Shown: piece after piece, positions 1 to 13,965 of the stretch | Layout: each line of letters begins with the position of its first letter | How positions within the stretch are numbered: position 1 is the first letter of the stretch | NCBI RefSeq assembly: GCF_009914755.1 | Contig: NC_060931.1 | DNA: 64,000 nt | Direction: 5' to 3' (one strand) | Origin: the human T2T-CHM13v2.0 reference genome, Homo sapiens | Made by a program: the position numbers and the translations under genes | Notes under the pieces: model-generated | What the model saw: only the letters and a program-made list of their open reading frames with translations | What the model was told of the DNA's origin: nothing | The model's database searches: none

Positions 1-670
1 TTCTTCAACATTTAATAAAATTTAATAGGCATGACAAAGAACAAGAGCAATGACTAAAATTTAAGGAGAAAAAAAGATAACAGAGACCACAAATGATCCA
101 GATATTAGAGTTACCAGGTACACATTTTAAAGTAACTGTGAACAAAATATGCAAGATGTTAGGTATAGAAAAATAATTCACAAGATAATTAGAATATATA
201 CAAGAGAATCAAATGGAAGTTCTTTAACTAAAAAGTTACTCATTCATTGTTCATTGAAATTAAGAACTCGATCGATGTTTTAGCAATAGATTAGGCATGC
301 AGAAGAAACACTATATGAACTGGAAGTTAGGTCAGTAGAGGATATCCAGACTGAAGCATGGAGAATAAAGGTATGAAAATTCAAAAAAAAAAAAAAAAGA
401 AGAAGAAGAAGACATGAAACCATGAAACATTTAACTTATGTTTAACTGGAATTTTAGGATAAAATGATAAGGAAGAAATGGGGCAAAAGAAACAAATAGT
501 AACATTCAGAGATACTGACTGAAAAATTTCCAAAATTGACAAAAGTTACCAAGCCAGTTTTGAGAAGCTCTATGAATCCTAGATAGAATAAACACAAAGC
601 AAACTAACCACATCATAGTACACATAATAGTATATTAGTAATAGTATATTACACTATAGTATGTGTATGT

Positions 671-710
<40 letters not shown>

Positions 711-1198
711 AATAGCATTTTGCTAAAAGCAAAGACAGAGAAAATCTTAAAAGCTGTCACAGAAAAGGAAACAGTACTTTCAGTACCTTCAAAGCAGCAA
801 GAAAACTGACTATTCAACAGAAACAATGAAAGCTGGAAGACAGTGAAATAATATCTTGAAAGTTCTTAAATAAAATATCTGCCAACCTAGAACTTGTATA
901 GAAATGAAGACCTTGTAAAGATATTTTCAAGGAAACAAAAAATTGGAAAAGGTTTTTGTCAGCAGACCTGCACTAAAAGAAGTACGAAAGACTGTTCTTC
1001 AGACAGAAGGAAAATTATCCATAATGGAAACATGAAAATGCAGAGGAGAATGAACAGCAACTGAGAATTTACATATGTGAACACAAGTAAGGAGTATCAA
1101 TAATTAATAATGTCTTCTGGAGTTTGAACTATGTAGAAGTTTTTCAAAAGACAGTACTTGCACAAAAAGGGTGTAAAGTGAGTTAAAGTGTTGTAAGG
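1..1198 (+). mobile_element. Old L1 (L1M-type) ORF1-region fragment, degenerate
   Basis: A-rich sense strand with L1 ORF1-like segments (gagaaaatcttaaaagc..., gaagacagtgaaataatatc..., cagcagacctgcacta). No intact frame. Confidence 0.7.
672..707. repeat. (CA)18 microsatellite
   Basis: Read directly. Confidence 0.97.
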
Positions 1199-1534
1199 CA
1201 GCAGTCCCCAACCTTTCTGACACCAGGGACCAATTTTGTGGGAGACGGTTTTTCCATGCACAGGGTTGGGGAGTGGGGGATGGTTTGGGGATGACACTGT
1301 TCCACTTCAGATCATCAGGCATTAGATTCTCATGAGAAGCGCACAACTAGATCCCTCACATGCGCAGTTCACAATAGGGTTCCCCTCCTATAAGAATCTA
1401 ATGCTGCCACTGATTTGACAGGAGGCGGAGCTCAGACAGTAATGCTTGCCTGCACTCACCTCCTGCTGTGTGGCCTGCTTCCTAAAAGGCCACAAACAGT
1501 TACCAGTCTGTGACCGAGGGATTGGGGGCCCCTG
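1199..1534 (-). mobile_element. MER1B-like hAT-Charlie non-autonomous DNA transposon
   Basis: Terminal inverted repeats cagcagtccccaa / ttgggggcccctg, internal ggcattagattctcat motif, and a perfect 8-bp TSD TTGTAAGG at 1191-1198 and 1535-1542. Confidence 0.92.
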
Positions 1535-2084
1535 TTGTAAGGTACACTTTTATATCTGGACAATGGTAAATGTATTGACTCAAAGCTGACTTTCTTAAAT
1601 CAGGATATATGTCATAATCTCTACATAAACATAAAGGATAGATAAAATAATCTACTATTATCAAGTTAATAGTGGTAAAAGGGGAGGGCAGTATGACTTC
1701 CAAATAATAGATTGAATAAAAGGATGAGAGTAAGTGGAAGGGGCATTACTGCATGATATGAGAAACAGACTTCTGACAATCAGGGTACTCAAATGAGAAG
1801 AAATCTTGTGATACGTTCCTTCCTTTTAGAGAGATACAGAATGAACACCTGAGAGGTGAAGACCTTTCACTCAAATCTGTTAGCCTTATTTCACCAGATC
1901 AGTTAGACGTGCTTTGAACGTGTCTATTAAAAAAAAGTCATGGAAAATTTTCTCTGTATTAACTCCAAGAATTTCTGTGTTAATTTCAGCAAGGTTGGGA
2001 TGAATTATTGAAGTTGAAGCTTTCTCTTTCCTTGGGCAGTATAGTTAATGAAAATCTAAAAGCAGAGTACAGGATAATAGGAAG

Positions 2085-2705
<621 letters not shown>

Positions 2706-3610
2706 CATTACAAATATGTCTTAAGTTTGTACCATGTGCCAGTGTATTACAAAGATAATAAGGACTCAACCAGTGGTCACTCTACTACTATTATCAGAGT
2801 TTTTATGACAAACAGAATATTTTTTTCCCTTTAAGAAGTGAAGAGGAGAAATTACAACACTAATAAATATAACATTCATTACTGTACTTTTTCAGAAAAA
2901 AGGATTATAATACAGTCTTCAGAAGGGGAAATGTTTCTTTTCCAGGCTTCTTTGATTTCCCTTTTATGAATCCTCCCTTTCCTTGGAAAAGGCCCCAATG
3001 AAATTAATGAAGCAGCTTGAATGTGAAAGCAAACCTCTGTCACTGCACTCAACTTAACTGTGTCTACAGTGAGTTTTATCCCTGCCAATGCCATGATCCA
3101 TCCCATTCTTTCCCTCCACCCTCTCTCCCCTTTCACCACATGCAATGCCAAACACCCTCTTCTTCCTACACAGAAATGCCAGGAAAGCAAGACCTTACTT
3201 GTCGTAGCAGAATGGCAAAAAACTGTTCTGTCTTTTTCCCCTTTTAGGAACCCACTTTACCACACAGGATTTGATGCAATTAAAAAGTAATCAAGATTTC
3301 CCATCCTCATTCTCTCCTTCCCTGTCCAGTTTTTATACTTGATATCCACAAGAGGATAAAAAGCACAATCCAGTTCATTATTTATACTTACTCAATATCT
3401 AGCTTTATGATCTACATTTGTAGTTTTCTTTTGGAAGAGAGAATAAGAGTGGGGGAGGAAGGGGCAGAGGTTATAGCAGTAAATGCTCTCGCCAGGAGTG
3501 CTGCAAGGACTTAGATCCTGACTCATCATCTTCTGTGTACCATGGAAACAAGAGCCGGCTAACCTGCTAAAGATTTACTTCCTGCAGACAGCAATGCAAG
3601 ATAGTTCTAG

Positions 3611-3785
3611 CAGCAGTGTGTGGGCACTCCCTCACTGGATCAGGAGAACCAACTGTGCACATTGCTGCCCAACTCCATGTTTAGTGGTGTGAAGTTGGTA
3701 GCTTGAAATTGGCTGCGTGAGAGTATTTACACTATGGAAATTGGCAAATACTACAAATCAGTGCCCTCTCTCTTCAGTTTACCCT
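3611..3785 (+). mobile_element. MER63A-like hAT-Blackjack element
   Basis: cccaactccatgtttagtg...gttggtagcttgaaattggc...gagtatttacactatggaaattggcaaatactacaaatcag matches recalled MER63. Confidence 0.75.
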
Positions 3786-5272
3786 CAGACTCCTGGTTCT
3801 CTGACATTTTGGCTGTCCTGGGGAAAGAGGAAACATTCTGACATTCTTCTTCTTTCCAACGTGAACCTAAGGAACATCCACCTATCGTAAATTACAAGGT
3901 CTAAAACTTCTTTGAAACCTTGGCTCTGGAAATCAGATGAGCCAGATTTCAAAAATTTGCAGAAAGGTGAGAAAGGCCTGTCACTTGTTTCCATTTCTGC
4001 CTACCCTCCCTGAGTTCTAGTATAAGTGACAATGATAGAATTTCAAGACCATGCTACAACATCTACAAGACTCTTCCATTTATATCAGAGCACCATGAGA
4101 TGCTCCAGAGCTGATCTGTTTAGGAGAACTCCAGACCAGACAGGGTATCTGGATTCAACTATGTTCTCGACTCACAGCCTAAGGGAACCCCAGAACCCCT
4201 AAATGTCTCTAGGTTCTGGGAATTTAGAATACAGAGCATGCCAAATAGCATGATATTTTCATGATGCCATTTGTTAAAATAAAACAAGGTACATAGTTTT
4301 TACTGCCAACCCCAAAACTGTACAAGGCAAAAATACTGCATTAGTCTAATTGACAACGTAGCACTATCTTAACACAATTTTTTCCATCCCTCTATTTCTC
4401 TACCCTACTCCATCTTCCGCCTTATTTGTTTATTTCTTGCTTTGTTTAACATCCCCACAAGTGATTTTGTGAGTCTTTGGTTACACTTCAAATTAAAACA
4501 ACAAAAAGTTACTGTTTAAAAAGCAAATCCCAATTCCCTCTTTGTTCCTCAAATATCATTCTCCATGTGTGGATAATACTCTAAAATACAGACTTCTCAG
4601 TATTTATCCGCTTTCCATTTAATGAAATGGCTCTCTGTTAAATTTCAATAGATGATTAAAAACCACTCAACAGCCAAGAGAAAGTTACGCATTGTTGCCT
4701 AGCTGTTACACCTCAATAAATAGATTTGCTAGCCAATTTATATTTTAAATAATACAATAAATTAGCTCCCAGAGTACTAACTAAGTGCATATTTGGGTAG
4801 CTTAATTTAGAAGCATTCTTCTTATGCTAATCGGTCCTCTCTAATGAAATAGAACCACATGAACTAAGAAGACTTTTGGCAAATAATCAGAGTCAAATTG
4901 GGAGTTGCTATTGTTTATTATTTCCTTTGTCTTCAGGAAGCAAGCTGTGTGGTTTTTAAGAGAAGGGAAAAAAACAAAAACCAGGAATTCAATTATTTTT
5001 AAAGGAGAGGATGCTCTAGTCAGCACTGAGGTAATGAAATTTCTACAACTCCTTTTATAAATTTGTGTCCCAGAATATTTCTCATTTTTTCTCCCATGCA
5101 ACACAGAAAGGAAATAGTCTTTAGCTGACATAAACAGTGTAGTCTTTAGTTTGAAGGGAATTGTTTTGAACTGTTCATTATCTCAGCATGTCTACTCTGT
5201 TTCCTCCAAGACACTTTGGTGTGTACAACTGGTGAACAATCATGACACTCCTTGAGAGATGTAGTATTAAAA

Positions 5273-5294
5273 CACACACACACACACACACACA
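5273..5294. repeat. (CA)11 microsatellite
   Basis: Read directly. Confidence 0.95.
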
Positions 5295-5348
5295 GTCAGA
5301 GGCAAAGGAGAGGGGCATGGGAATGAGGTAGAGGCCGATTTGATTTTA

Positions 5349-5965
5349 ATTCACTGAACATTTACTCAGTGCCAAGAACTGTGCTAAGGGGTATGCTACA
5401 AAAATAAATGAATATTTTTAAAATAAATTATTCCTGTCCTCAAGGAACTTAGCATCGAGTAGAGGAGGAAGGCAATTAAAGAGTTGAAGTGTGAAACCCC
5501 AGTGTAGTACATACAATAGGAGATGTACGTAGATGGAGAGAGTTGCCAAGAAGGAGGTAATGTGGGGAAAGATCAAGCATACCAAGATTGCCAAGAATGA
5601 AAGGCAAATGGGAGTTTTCCAGGTGTGTCAGAGGAGTACAAAGGGCCTCACAAGGCAAGAGGAGGGAATCCCATGTGAATTTCTGGGTGCATGTTTGGGG
5701 GATGATATGGTATTTTGTTTTTCAACATTTTAATTGCAAAGGAGGGAGAGGGTAAGAGTTAAGGTTGGGAAAGGAAACAGAGGCCAGATCAAATCTTTTC
5801 ATTAATCCAGGTAGAGTTAGGACTTTATCCTGCAGGTATCAGAGTTAGTGAGTGGTTTTAAACAAGGAAAACAACCACAGTTAAACTTGCATTTTGGAAA
5901 AAGCACAGAAGGGCAGATTGGTGAGGAAGGAGACTAGTTAAGACTAGGCAAGTGGGATATTGGAA
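5349..5965 (-). mobile_element. L2 LINE 3' fragment
   Basis: ttcactgaacatttactcagtgccaagaactgtgctaag...cctgtcctcaaggaactta and ggactttatcctgcagg are typical of antisense L2. Confidence 0.75.
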
Positions 5966-6869
5966 AAGGAAAAAACGTTTAAACGACAACAATTTAAAAC
6001 AGTTATTGAGAGTGTTCCTGAATAGCATCTTAAAACTTTTAAAATACCACAAGGCAAAAACTTGCATTTTGAAATTTATAATGTGGGATAGCCCTCATGT
6101 TTCTTTTAATGTCCACAAAATGCTCACTAGTTTTATTGGTTTATATAAATGCAGTGTTTTTCTTTTTTGCTAGTTCTTGTGGTTTCTATGCCGAGCACTA
6201 GGAAATGAATAAAATCAGGCCAGCAAGGATATCATAAAGCAGATGTGAGAAGTGCTAGCTAAGGAACTGGGTGGGTAGTATTTGCCAATTACTATTATTC
6301 TTCATTTTCTGGTAAGACTCACAGGAAAGCAAGTCAATAAAGTAACTTCTCTGCCTTGTTGTTTCAATGGAAAAGTGATGGGAGTGAGAGGAATTTTGTG
6401 AGAAAAAGATTCATTTTCTCCCTGTGGTCTGGGGATTGCTGGCGAGCCCAAGGCATAAGCTGAAATCTGTTGATTTTATTTACTTGCTGCTTCTTACTGA
6501 GCCACTGTTGGCAGAGTTGAATTGAAAAGGTGCTAAGGGAATAACTTTCTGATTTTTTTTTTGAGCTGGATATTTTGCTAGCCAACCTCAGCACAGGACA
6601 CCCAGAAGAAAAATGAACCTACATAACCACCCGGACTTGGATGTGAAATGTCCACTCTGCCTTCGCTGTGTGTGTGTATGCCAGAGTCCTTCAATTTGAT
6701 GGCATTAAAAAAAAAAAAAAAAAAAGACAGGAGACAGCTATGGAAAGAGAATACAAACCATGACTTTTAGACGTGAGAAAGGACAGTAAGCCTTCCTTTA
6801 ATTTAATAAGCTCAGGTGAAAGAACTAGAGGCAAGTCCAAGTGTTTGCTGAGATCATGGAATAATCAGA

Positions 6870-7440
6870 ACTCTTATACTTTACCGGCAAGAATAATCAA
6901 TTTGGAAAACAGTTTAACATTATCTAGTGAGGCTGACACAGACACAAGGAGATATGTGCAAAAATGTCCATAGCAGCACTATCTGTAGAAGCAAAATACT
7001 GAAAACAACCCAAATGTCCATCGGCAGTGGAATGGGTGAATAACACGTATATGATGAAATACTATGCAGCAATGAAAAAGAATAAGACACAATTGAGCAT
7101 ATCAACATGGGTGAATCTCACATACAGCGTTGAATAGCAAAAGTATGTTTTTGCAAAATACATACAGAATAATTTCTTTTCTATAAAATTAAACATGAAA
7201 AGTAAAATATTATATATGGATACGTATGTCTGCAGTAAAACTATTAACAAAGAAAAAAGAAAGGGGATGGTAAAAGCAAAATTCAGGACAGTAGTCTACC
7301 TCCAGGGGTAATTAGGAAGGGCAATGTCGTATTTTTTAAACCAGCTGGTGAGTACAAAAGTGTTCATTTATCACTGTTTTATCTTAGACAGCATGGTAAA
7401 TATTCTTTGGTATGTATTCAATTTTAAATTTAAAAGAAGA
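6870..7440 (+). mobile_element. L1ME-type 3' end fragment
   Basis: aaacaacccaaatgtccatc...atactatgcagcaatgaaaaagaa...atcaacatgggtgaatctca. Confidence 0.75.
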
Positions 7441-8274
7441 AAAGAAAAACCACCTGCTGATGCTGCCATCCTTGCAAAAATGAATCTTTAGGAAATTTAA
7501 CATGTTCTCTGCTGTGCTTTTTTCTTCTCCCCTACACAGAGATGATGAGATTGGCCCCATGTCTGAAAAACAGTATGTGGGGAAGGCCTGGAGAAGCAAT
7601 TGAACTGAAACAAAGTCAAAAGTGGGAAGTCCCCCTCTGGCAAGCAGCTCTAAGATGACAGAGCCGGTGCCAGAATCTAAACCTTGGGACTCTGGTTGCT
7701 GTATAAAAAAATAAATATTAGGAACAAAAATAAATACCCACATCTCCATGCTGGACAGCAGAAGAGCAATAAGTTGCCAAATTTTTTTTTTGTTTTGTTT
7801 TGATAGTTTTTTACTCTCTAAATGTAAGCTCCTATATTTCCTGTCTTCCATATGTTAGAAGCTCAGTACAAACAGGAGAAAAAGAAAAAAAAAAAGGCTG
7901 GATGCACCTCATTTGTTGTCAACAGGGATGTTTCAAATTATTGTTAAACTAGAAGGGACTCAATGCTTTAGAAACAACTCATTACTCAATTCAGCCACTT
8001 TTATTTCCTATTAGGCTGTCATATAGCAAAATGTCCAACACCGCCCCATCCCTCTCTGCTACTACTACCTTTTGACAAGACAGTCTCTTTGTTAAAGTCA
8101 AGTTAAAACTGGATACAGCTGTGGTAGTTTCAGGCCTATCTGACAGACAATATTGAACTCATTTCATCATCTGAAACTTTAATACAAAATGTCTCTTAAG
8201 GACTCTATGAACAGAGCAAGAGGTTCTTGCCCTGTGAAAATAGATTAATGCTAAGAGAGCTCCCTAATGGCAAT

Positions 8275-8535
8275 AGAAACCAACATTTATTTTATGCTTA
8301 TTAGGTGCCAGGTAGAGAGAGGGTCAAGTAATTTATAAGCATTATCTCAATTCATCCTAATAATGAACCCTCCTGTGAGAGTGGTGGGTGATAATATTAT
8401 CCCCATTTCACAGGTGAGGGGGTTCTTGGAGAGGTTAAGTAACTTGCCCAAGGTCATACAGCTGGTACATGGTAGAGCAGGGATCTATTCCAAGTCTAAC
8501 ACAGTATCCATTCTCTTAATCCCTATACTATAATG
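8275..8535 (-). mobile_element. MIR SINE
   Basis: tattatccccatttcacaggtgagg...gaggttaagtaacttgcccaaggtca core. Confidence 0.85.
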
Positions 8536-8711
8536 TCACTTGAATATGGTAACAAAAGTAGTTAGAATTGCCAGTGTAATCAACTAGAAACAAAATTCAA
8601 GCCTACTTGATAGTTTAGCTCATAAAATCTGTCTGGTATCACCAAAGGTGATAGGTGATTTGGGCTGGGGAGAATCTATAAATTATTTTCAACAATTCAA
8701 ATAGCCTAATG

Positions 8712-9618
8712 CATGGGTTCTTAATCTGTTTCTGTGCTACAGTCTCCTATGACTGTCTGGTGCAGCCTGTGGACTACCTTCTCACAATAATGTTTCTAAA
8801 TGCATGCTGGCTGGGCATGGCGGCTCATGCCGATAATCCTAGGACTTTGGGAGGCCAAGGCAAGAGGATCACTTGAGCTCAGGAGTTTGAAACCAGGCTG
8901 AACAGCATGGCAAGACCCCATCTCTACAAGAAAATACAAAAATTAGTCAGGTGTGGTATCATGTGCCTATGGTCCCAGATACCTGGGATGCTGAGGTGGG
9001 AGGATTTGTTGAGCCTGGGAGTTCAAGGCTAAAGTGAGCCATGATGGTGCTACAGCACTTCAGCCTAGGTGACAGGGCAAGTCCCTGCCTTAAAATAAAT
9101 ACATACATAATTAATACAGAGTGCATATGCATCCACACATATACATAGATAATATACAGTGAATTAAAATCAAATCCTAGGCTTTGCTAGGATTGCAAAT
9201 GAAACACTCCACTGAAATCATCAAAACAGTAAAAAAAAATTGTGAGATAGCACATACATACTTGTATATTAGCACATTCAGTAGGAGAAACCAGAGGGTC
9301 TGAAAACTACTATAATTTTAATTTTAGTGATAAGGATAAAAGGTTTTCAACATATCTATAACAGTGTATGTGGTATTTGGTATGAGAATGTCTTTGCTTT
9401 CTATTGGTGACAAAAGTCAAAGGTACTGCTGTGCCACTGTGATTTGTTGCCTACATTTATAATGGAAGGAAATGTGAAATTTCACAATTCATAATGAAAG
9501 GAAATGCTATTTCAGTTAGAGGTTAGAGAAAATAAAGATGCAGTTTTTTCCCTTCCAAGTTCACTGACAACTCCTTGAATCCTAACCACAGACCCTTACT
9601 CCAGGTTAAGAATCCTTA
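8712..9618 (+). mobile_element. hAT-Charlie non-autonomous element (MER119-like), interrupted by an Alu
   Basis: Inverted termini catgggttcttaa / ttaagaatcctta; the internal sequence resembles recalled MER119. Confidence 0.7.
8809..9100 (+). mobile_element. AluJ inserted in the hAT element
   Basis: Divergent dimeric Alu with J-type ggaggatttgttgagcctgggagttcaaggct. Confidence 0.92.
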
Positions 9619-10329
9619 TTAAATAGCCTAATGAGTAACTAATGGAAATACTGAGCTTACTTATAATAAGACTTCACAGTCTAAAATGTGGCACTTTTTT
9701 TTTCTTTGCTTTGACATGGAATTGTATGAATCTATTATCCAGAAAAAAAATTCACTGTGGCTAGTGGACATCTTTGCTGCAAACCATCACTCTGGATGAT
9801 GTTTAAAGCAGACAGTGCTTGGTAGTTTTTTCTTTGTTGAAAGGCAACACAGACACACTACTATCTAAGAGCACTGCACACCAGGAACACGTTGTTTCAG
9901 TACAGCACAAAACTGCTGGGAAAAGGAAACTAATGCTTTTAAACAAATAAAAGAGTTTTCTTACAAGTCTAAATTGCCAGTGATCTATCAATAATTAAAA
10001 AGAACAAAGACCACTTGTAAACCTGCAGTGCATGGCAGGGACTGAAGTCTACAATTTAGATTAAGGTTTTGGCTGATGATTTCAGAGAACCAGTGCCATA
10101 CCAGTTGATACTACTGACTGGAAGACAGACACAATGCTTCAGGTCAATGGCTGATTTGTAAAGAGTAAAACTGTGTTCTCAAATTTCTGGTTAGCTTGTA
10201 AGTAAAAATGGATTTAGAACATACTTCAGGAATCAGAATGAAAGTTTCTCCAAACATATGCCACATGGGGGTTCCTGCCAGATGGAAGCCATGTCATTAT
10301 CAATAGAGGGACAAAAGACATCATAGTTT

Positions 10330-10470
10330 AGGGTTCCCAAACTGGCTACATATTAGAAACCTCTTTGAAGCTTCAATACCAATGCCCAGGTTCCACCCCA
10401 GACCAATAAAATCAGGGTATCTACAGAGCAGGTGTGGAAATCTGTATCTGCAAAGGTTGAGACACATTGG
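10330..10470. mobile_element. MER5-like hAT-Charlie fragment
   Basis: ttcccaaactggctacatattagaa...atgcccaggttccaccccagaccaataaaatcag...ggttgagacacattg. Confidence 0.7.
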
Positions 10471-10484
10471 TTTAGGGCAAAGGA

Positions 10485-10927
10485 GGAGATTAAAAATGGC
10501 TCCAGATTCTTTGCCATTCTTCCCACCAAAAGGAATCTGCTTTGCTCTGTGTTTTGCATTGACCAGGAGAGAATGAAATGGAAATAATGTTCTGGGACTT
10601 TTGAGTACAGGCCTTAAAAGGACTGGCATCTTCTGCTTTTCCATTTGGAACACCAGCCTGCTGTATTGTGGAAAAGTCCAGGCCAGGACACTACATGATT
10701 AGAGGTGGTATGGAGAGAGCACTGGAGGAGAGGAGATCATCTTGGATGTCCCAGCTTTAGCCAAACTCCCAGCTGAATGCAGCTGCACATGTGACCTCAG
10801 CCTACCCCATCTGAATCAGACCCACCCAGCTGAGCTCACTCAATCCACATATTTGTGAGAAATAATAAATTGTTTGAAGCCACTAAGTTTTGGAGTGATT
10901 TATTATTCCATGATAAATAACTGAAAA
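10485..10927 (+). mobile_element. MLT1-family MaLR solo LTR
   Basis: Ends in aataataaattgtttgaagccactaagttttggagtgattta...taactgaaa, the MLT1 3' signature, with AATAAA at 10864-10869. Confidence 0.8.
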
Positions 10928-11199
10928 AGGGAAATATTTTCTGATGATTCTTTAATCCTTTTCCTGAAAGATCCATCTTGCCTATCTTGGAATCTTGATA
11001 TGAGTTAAAAACCAAGGCCTGATCCATCTTTCTAAGGCAGATATAAGACATAATTACACTGAGAGCTTAGTCAAAATTTTATGTCATGCAAACAAAGAAA
11101 GACCAAGTTCCCATATTAGGCAAACCACCAGCTCCCGCTGCTCCCAACTCCCTGCCCCCAAATCCATGAGAGCTAGCAAGTACATTATCTGGGTGGCCT

Positions 11200-11617
11200 T
11201 TGTGGTAGACATAGAGATGCACCCCACTGGACCTCTCTTCAAGGATGTACTTGCTGCTCCACTGCAGGGAGTGCATTCAGCAGACAGCCCCCAGCTGTCA
11301 GCTCCTTCGGGGTCTGCCTCAGCTGCAAAGAGCTGCCTTTCCCAAGATGATGACCTTCCTGGGGCAGCCCAAATTTGGTGAGTCAATGAGCTGGGCATAA
11401 AAGGCCTCACTATTTTGGCCCAGTGTGGGACACTCTGATAGAAAATATGCTCCCAAGAGTTCCCTGCCTGGTTTGTCTGGCCTGTATCACAGTTTTATTT
11501 CTCCCTTGGTCCAGTCTTGCTCCTATACCCTTCCTTCCACAGGTGTTGGTCTCTAACAAACTATTTGCACCCCAAACTTTGCCTCAGTGCCTGCTTTTGG
11601 AGGACCTAACCTGTGAC
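11200..11617 (+). mobile_element. LTR16-family ERVL solo LTR
   Basis: gacagcccccagctgtcagctccttcggggtctgcctcagctgca...cttcctggggcagccc...cctaacctgtgac. Confidence 0.7.
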
Positions 11618-11839
11618 TTCAGAGAAGCTCTCTGGCTGGGAGGTGGGGTGTGGTTTGATTACTGTGTTCTGGTTTTCTGCCCACAGTCAGATTTCCATAA
11701 GTGGACAGAGGAACTTTGCCCCTGTCTGGAAGATAGAGACAAAGAACCCGTGAAAGAGGACATCCATCATTGTAGAAGGCGACTGCTGGTGGGGGAGATG
11801 AAGACTCTGTTTGCCGATTTCCTTAACAAAGCCAAAGCT

Positions 11840-12158
11840 TTTTGTTTTGTTTTGTTTTGTTTTGTTTGAGACAGGGTCTTACTCTGACGCCCAGGCTGGG
11901 GTGCAGTGGCGTGAACATAGCTCACTGCGCCTCGACCTCCTGGGCTCAAGTGATCCTCCCATCTCAGCTTCCCAAGTAGCTGGGACTACAGGCCTGCACC
12001 ACCACACCTGGTTAATTCTTTTAATTTTTTTTTTTGTAGGGACAGAGTCTTACTATCTTGCCCACCCAGGCTAGTCTTGAACTCCTGGGCTCAAGCGATC
12101 CTCCCACCTCAACCTCCCAAAGTGTTGAGATTACAGTTGTGAGCCACCATGCCCAGCC
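11840..12158 (-). mobile_element. AluJ
   Basis: Dimeric Alu with J-type diagnostic ctcctgggctcaagtgatcctccc in both arms and a (TTTTG)n tail. Confidence 0.93.
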
Positions 12159-12814
12159 AAAGCTAAAACATTTTTCCAGGGAATTAACTATATTTGATTA
12201 TCATTGCCTTAAGCCTATTTAACAGTTATTTTCCTCCATTCAATATGTTTTTGAAAACTTCTCTTTCCCTCTCATCTAGTCAAATGCAAAAGTGACATTT
12301 TTTTGCTTGTTGCTTCCTCTGACCATGTCAATGTTATCAAGGACCTGCTGAAGACCCTTCTGGAACTGTTCCTTCAGAAACAATTCATAATGCTTCCTAA
12401 GCTGTTTAAAATTCTTAATAAAACACACAAAAAATGAATTGTCAGCAGTAATTCCGAGAAAGGCAGGTGGCTAGCTGTCTGTCATTCCTTCTGTGGACTA
12501 TCTGTGAAAATGTTCAAATCCTAGCCTGATCGTCCACTCGAAGGACTAGAGTCATTCTTTCCTCCACATTCTAGTTGTGTGTAGTCAAGAAACAAACAAA
12601 AGTTAATGTGAGTTTTAGAAAAGCACAATTAGGAAGCTGTGGTCGTTACTGCTTTCTGCAGATGAACCATGCCTCCTCCATCCTCCTCCTTTTAAGAACT
12701 CTTCTTTCATTTAGGGAACAAGTATTCTATGGTGGTTAGCATGTGCTGCCAAATATTCTGTCCACCACCACCACACCACCGCCTTGCCACCATCACCACA
12801 TACCCCAAGGGCAG

Positions 12815-13218
12815 TGGTATGGTTTGGATCTGTGTCCCCACCCAAATTGCTTGTCTAATGGTAATCCCCAATTTGGAGGTGGGGCCTGGTGGGAGGTGAT
12901 TGGATCATGGGGCAGATTTCTCATGAATGGTGCTTTCCCCACCATGTCTACCTTGGTGCTGTCCTGGCAATACTGAGTGAGTTCTCACGAGATCTTGTCA
13001 TCTAAAGGTTTAAAGGTGTGTGGCATCTCCCCGGCTAGCTCTCATCTGCTCCAGCTTTGCCCTCTGCCATAAGTGAAACTCCCTGAGGCCTCTTCAGAAG
13101 GAGATGCCGTCATGCTTCCCGTACAGCCTGCAGAACTGTGAGCCAATTAAACCTCTTTTCTTAGAAATTACCCTGTCTCAGGTATTTCCTTATAGCAGTA
13201 CAAGAACAGACTAATACA
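12815..13218 (+). mobile_element. MST-family (MSTA/B) MaLR solo LTR
   Basis: tggtatggtttggatctgtgtcccca...ccaattaaacctctttt...gaacagactaataca. Confidence 0.88.
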
Positions 13219-13581
13219 GCGGGGCATGTAGCCTAGATCCAGCTACAGTTCATCCTTCCCCACTGCACTCCCCTCACAGGTACTTAAAGACACTGTGGGG
13301 TGGTGGAAAGGTCAGAATTTGAATTTTCAAATCTCAGATACTATTACTGTTCAAAGCCTTAAGCAAGTTTTTCAGGTGAAGCTTCTGTTTCTTCAGTTAT
13401 GAGTTAGTAAATAACATGACATAGTTTATAGGATAGCTACTGTGATTCCACAAAATTGTGGATTAAAAAAGTGTGTGGTAGACCGTGGCCTGAGAGCTCA
13501 CAGATGCGGAATCATCGGTCGCCATCCTTATCATCTCTTTTGACCTTCCCATCACCCCTATGAAGTAACTGTTCTCACTCA

Positions 13582-13965
<384 letters not shown>

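Noticed and set aside
7384-7851. 155-aa minus-strand ORF as the missing CPVL terminal exon or a nested gene
   Set aside because: No GGGH catalytic-His motif and no recognisable domain; it partly overlaps L1 and low-complexity sequence.
11423-11869. 148-aa ORF
   Set aside because: Spans an LTR16-like element and an Alu tail; repeat-derived.
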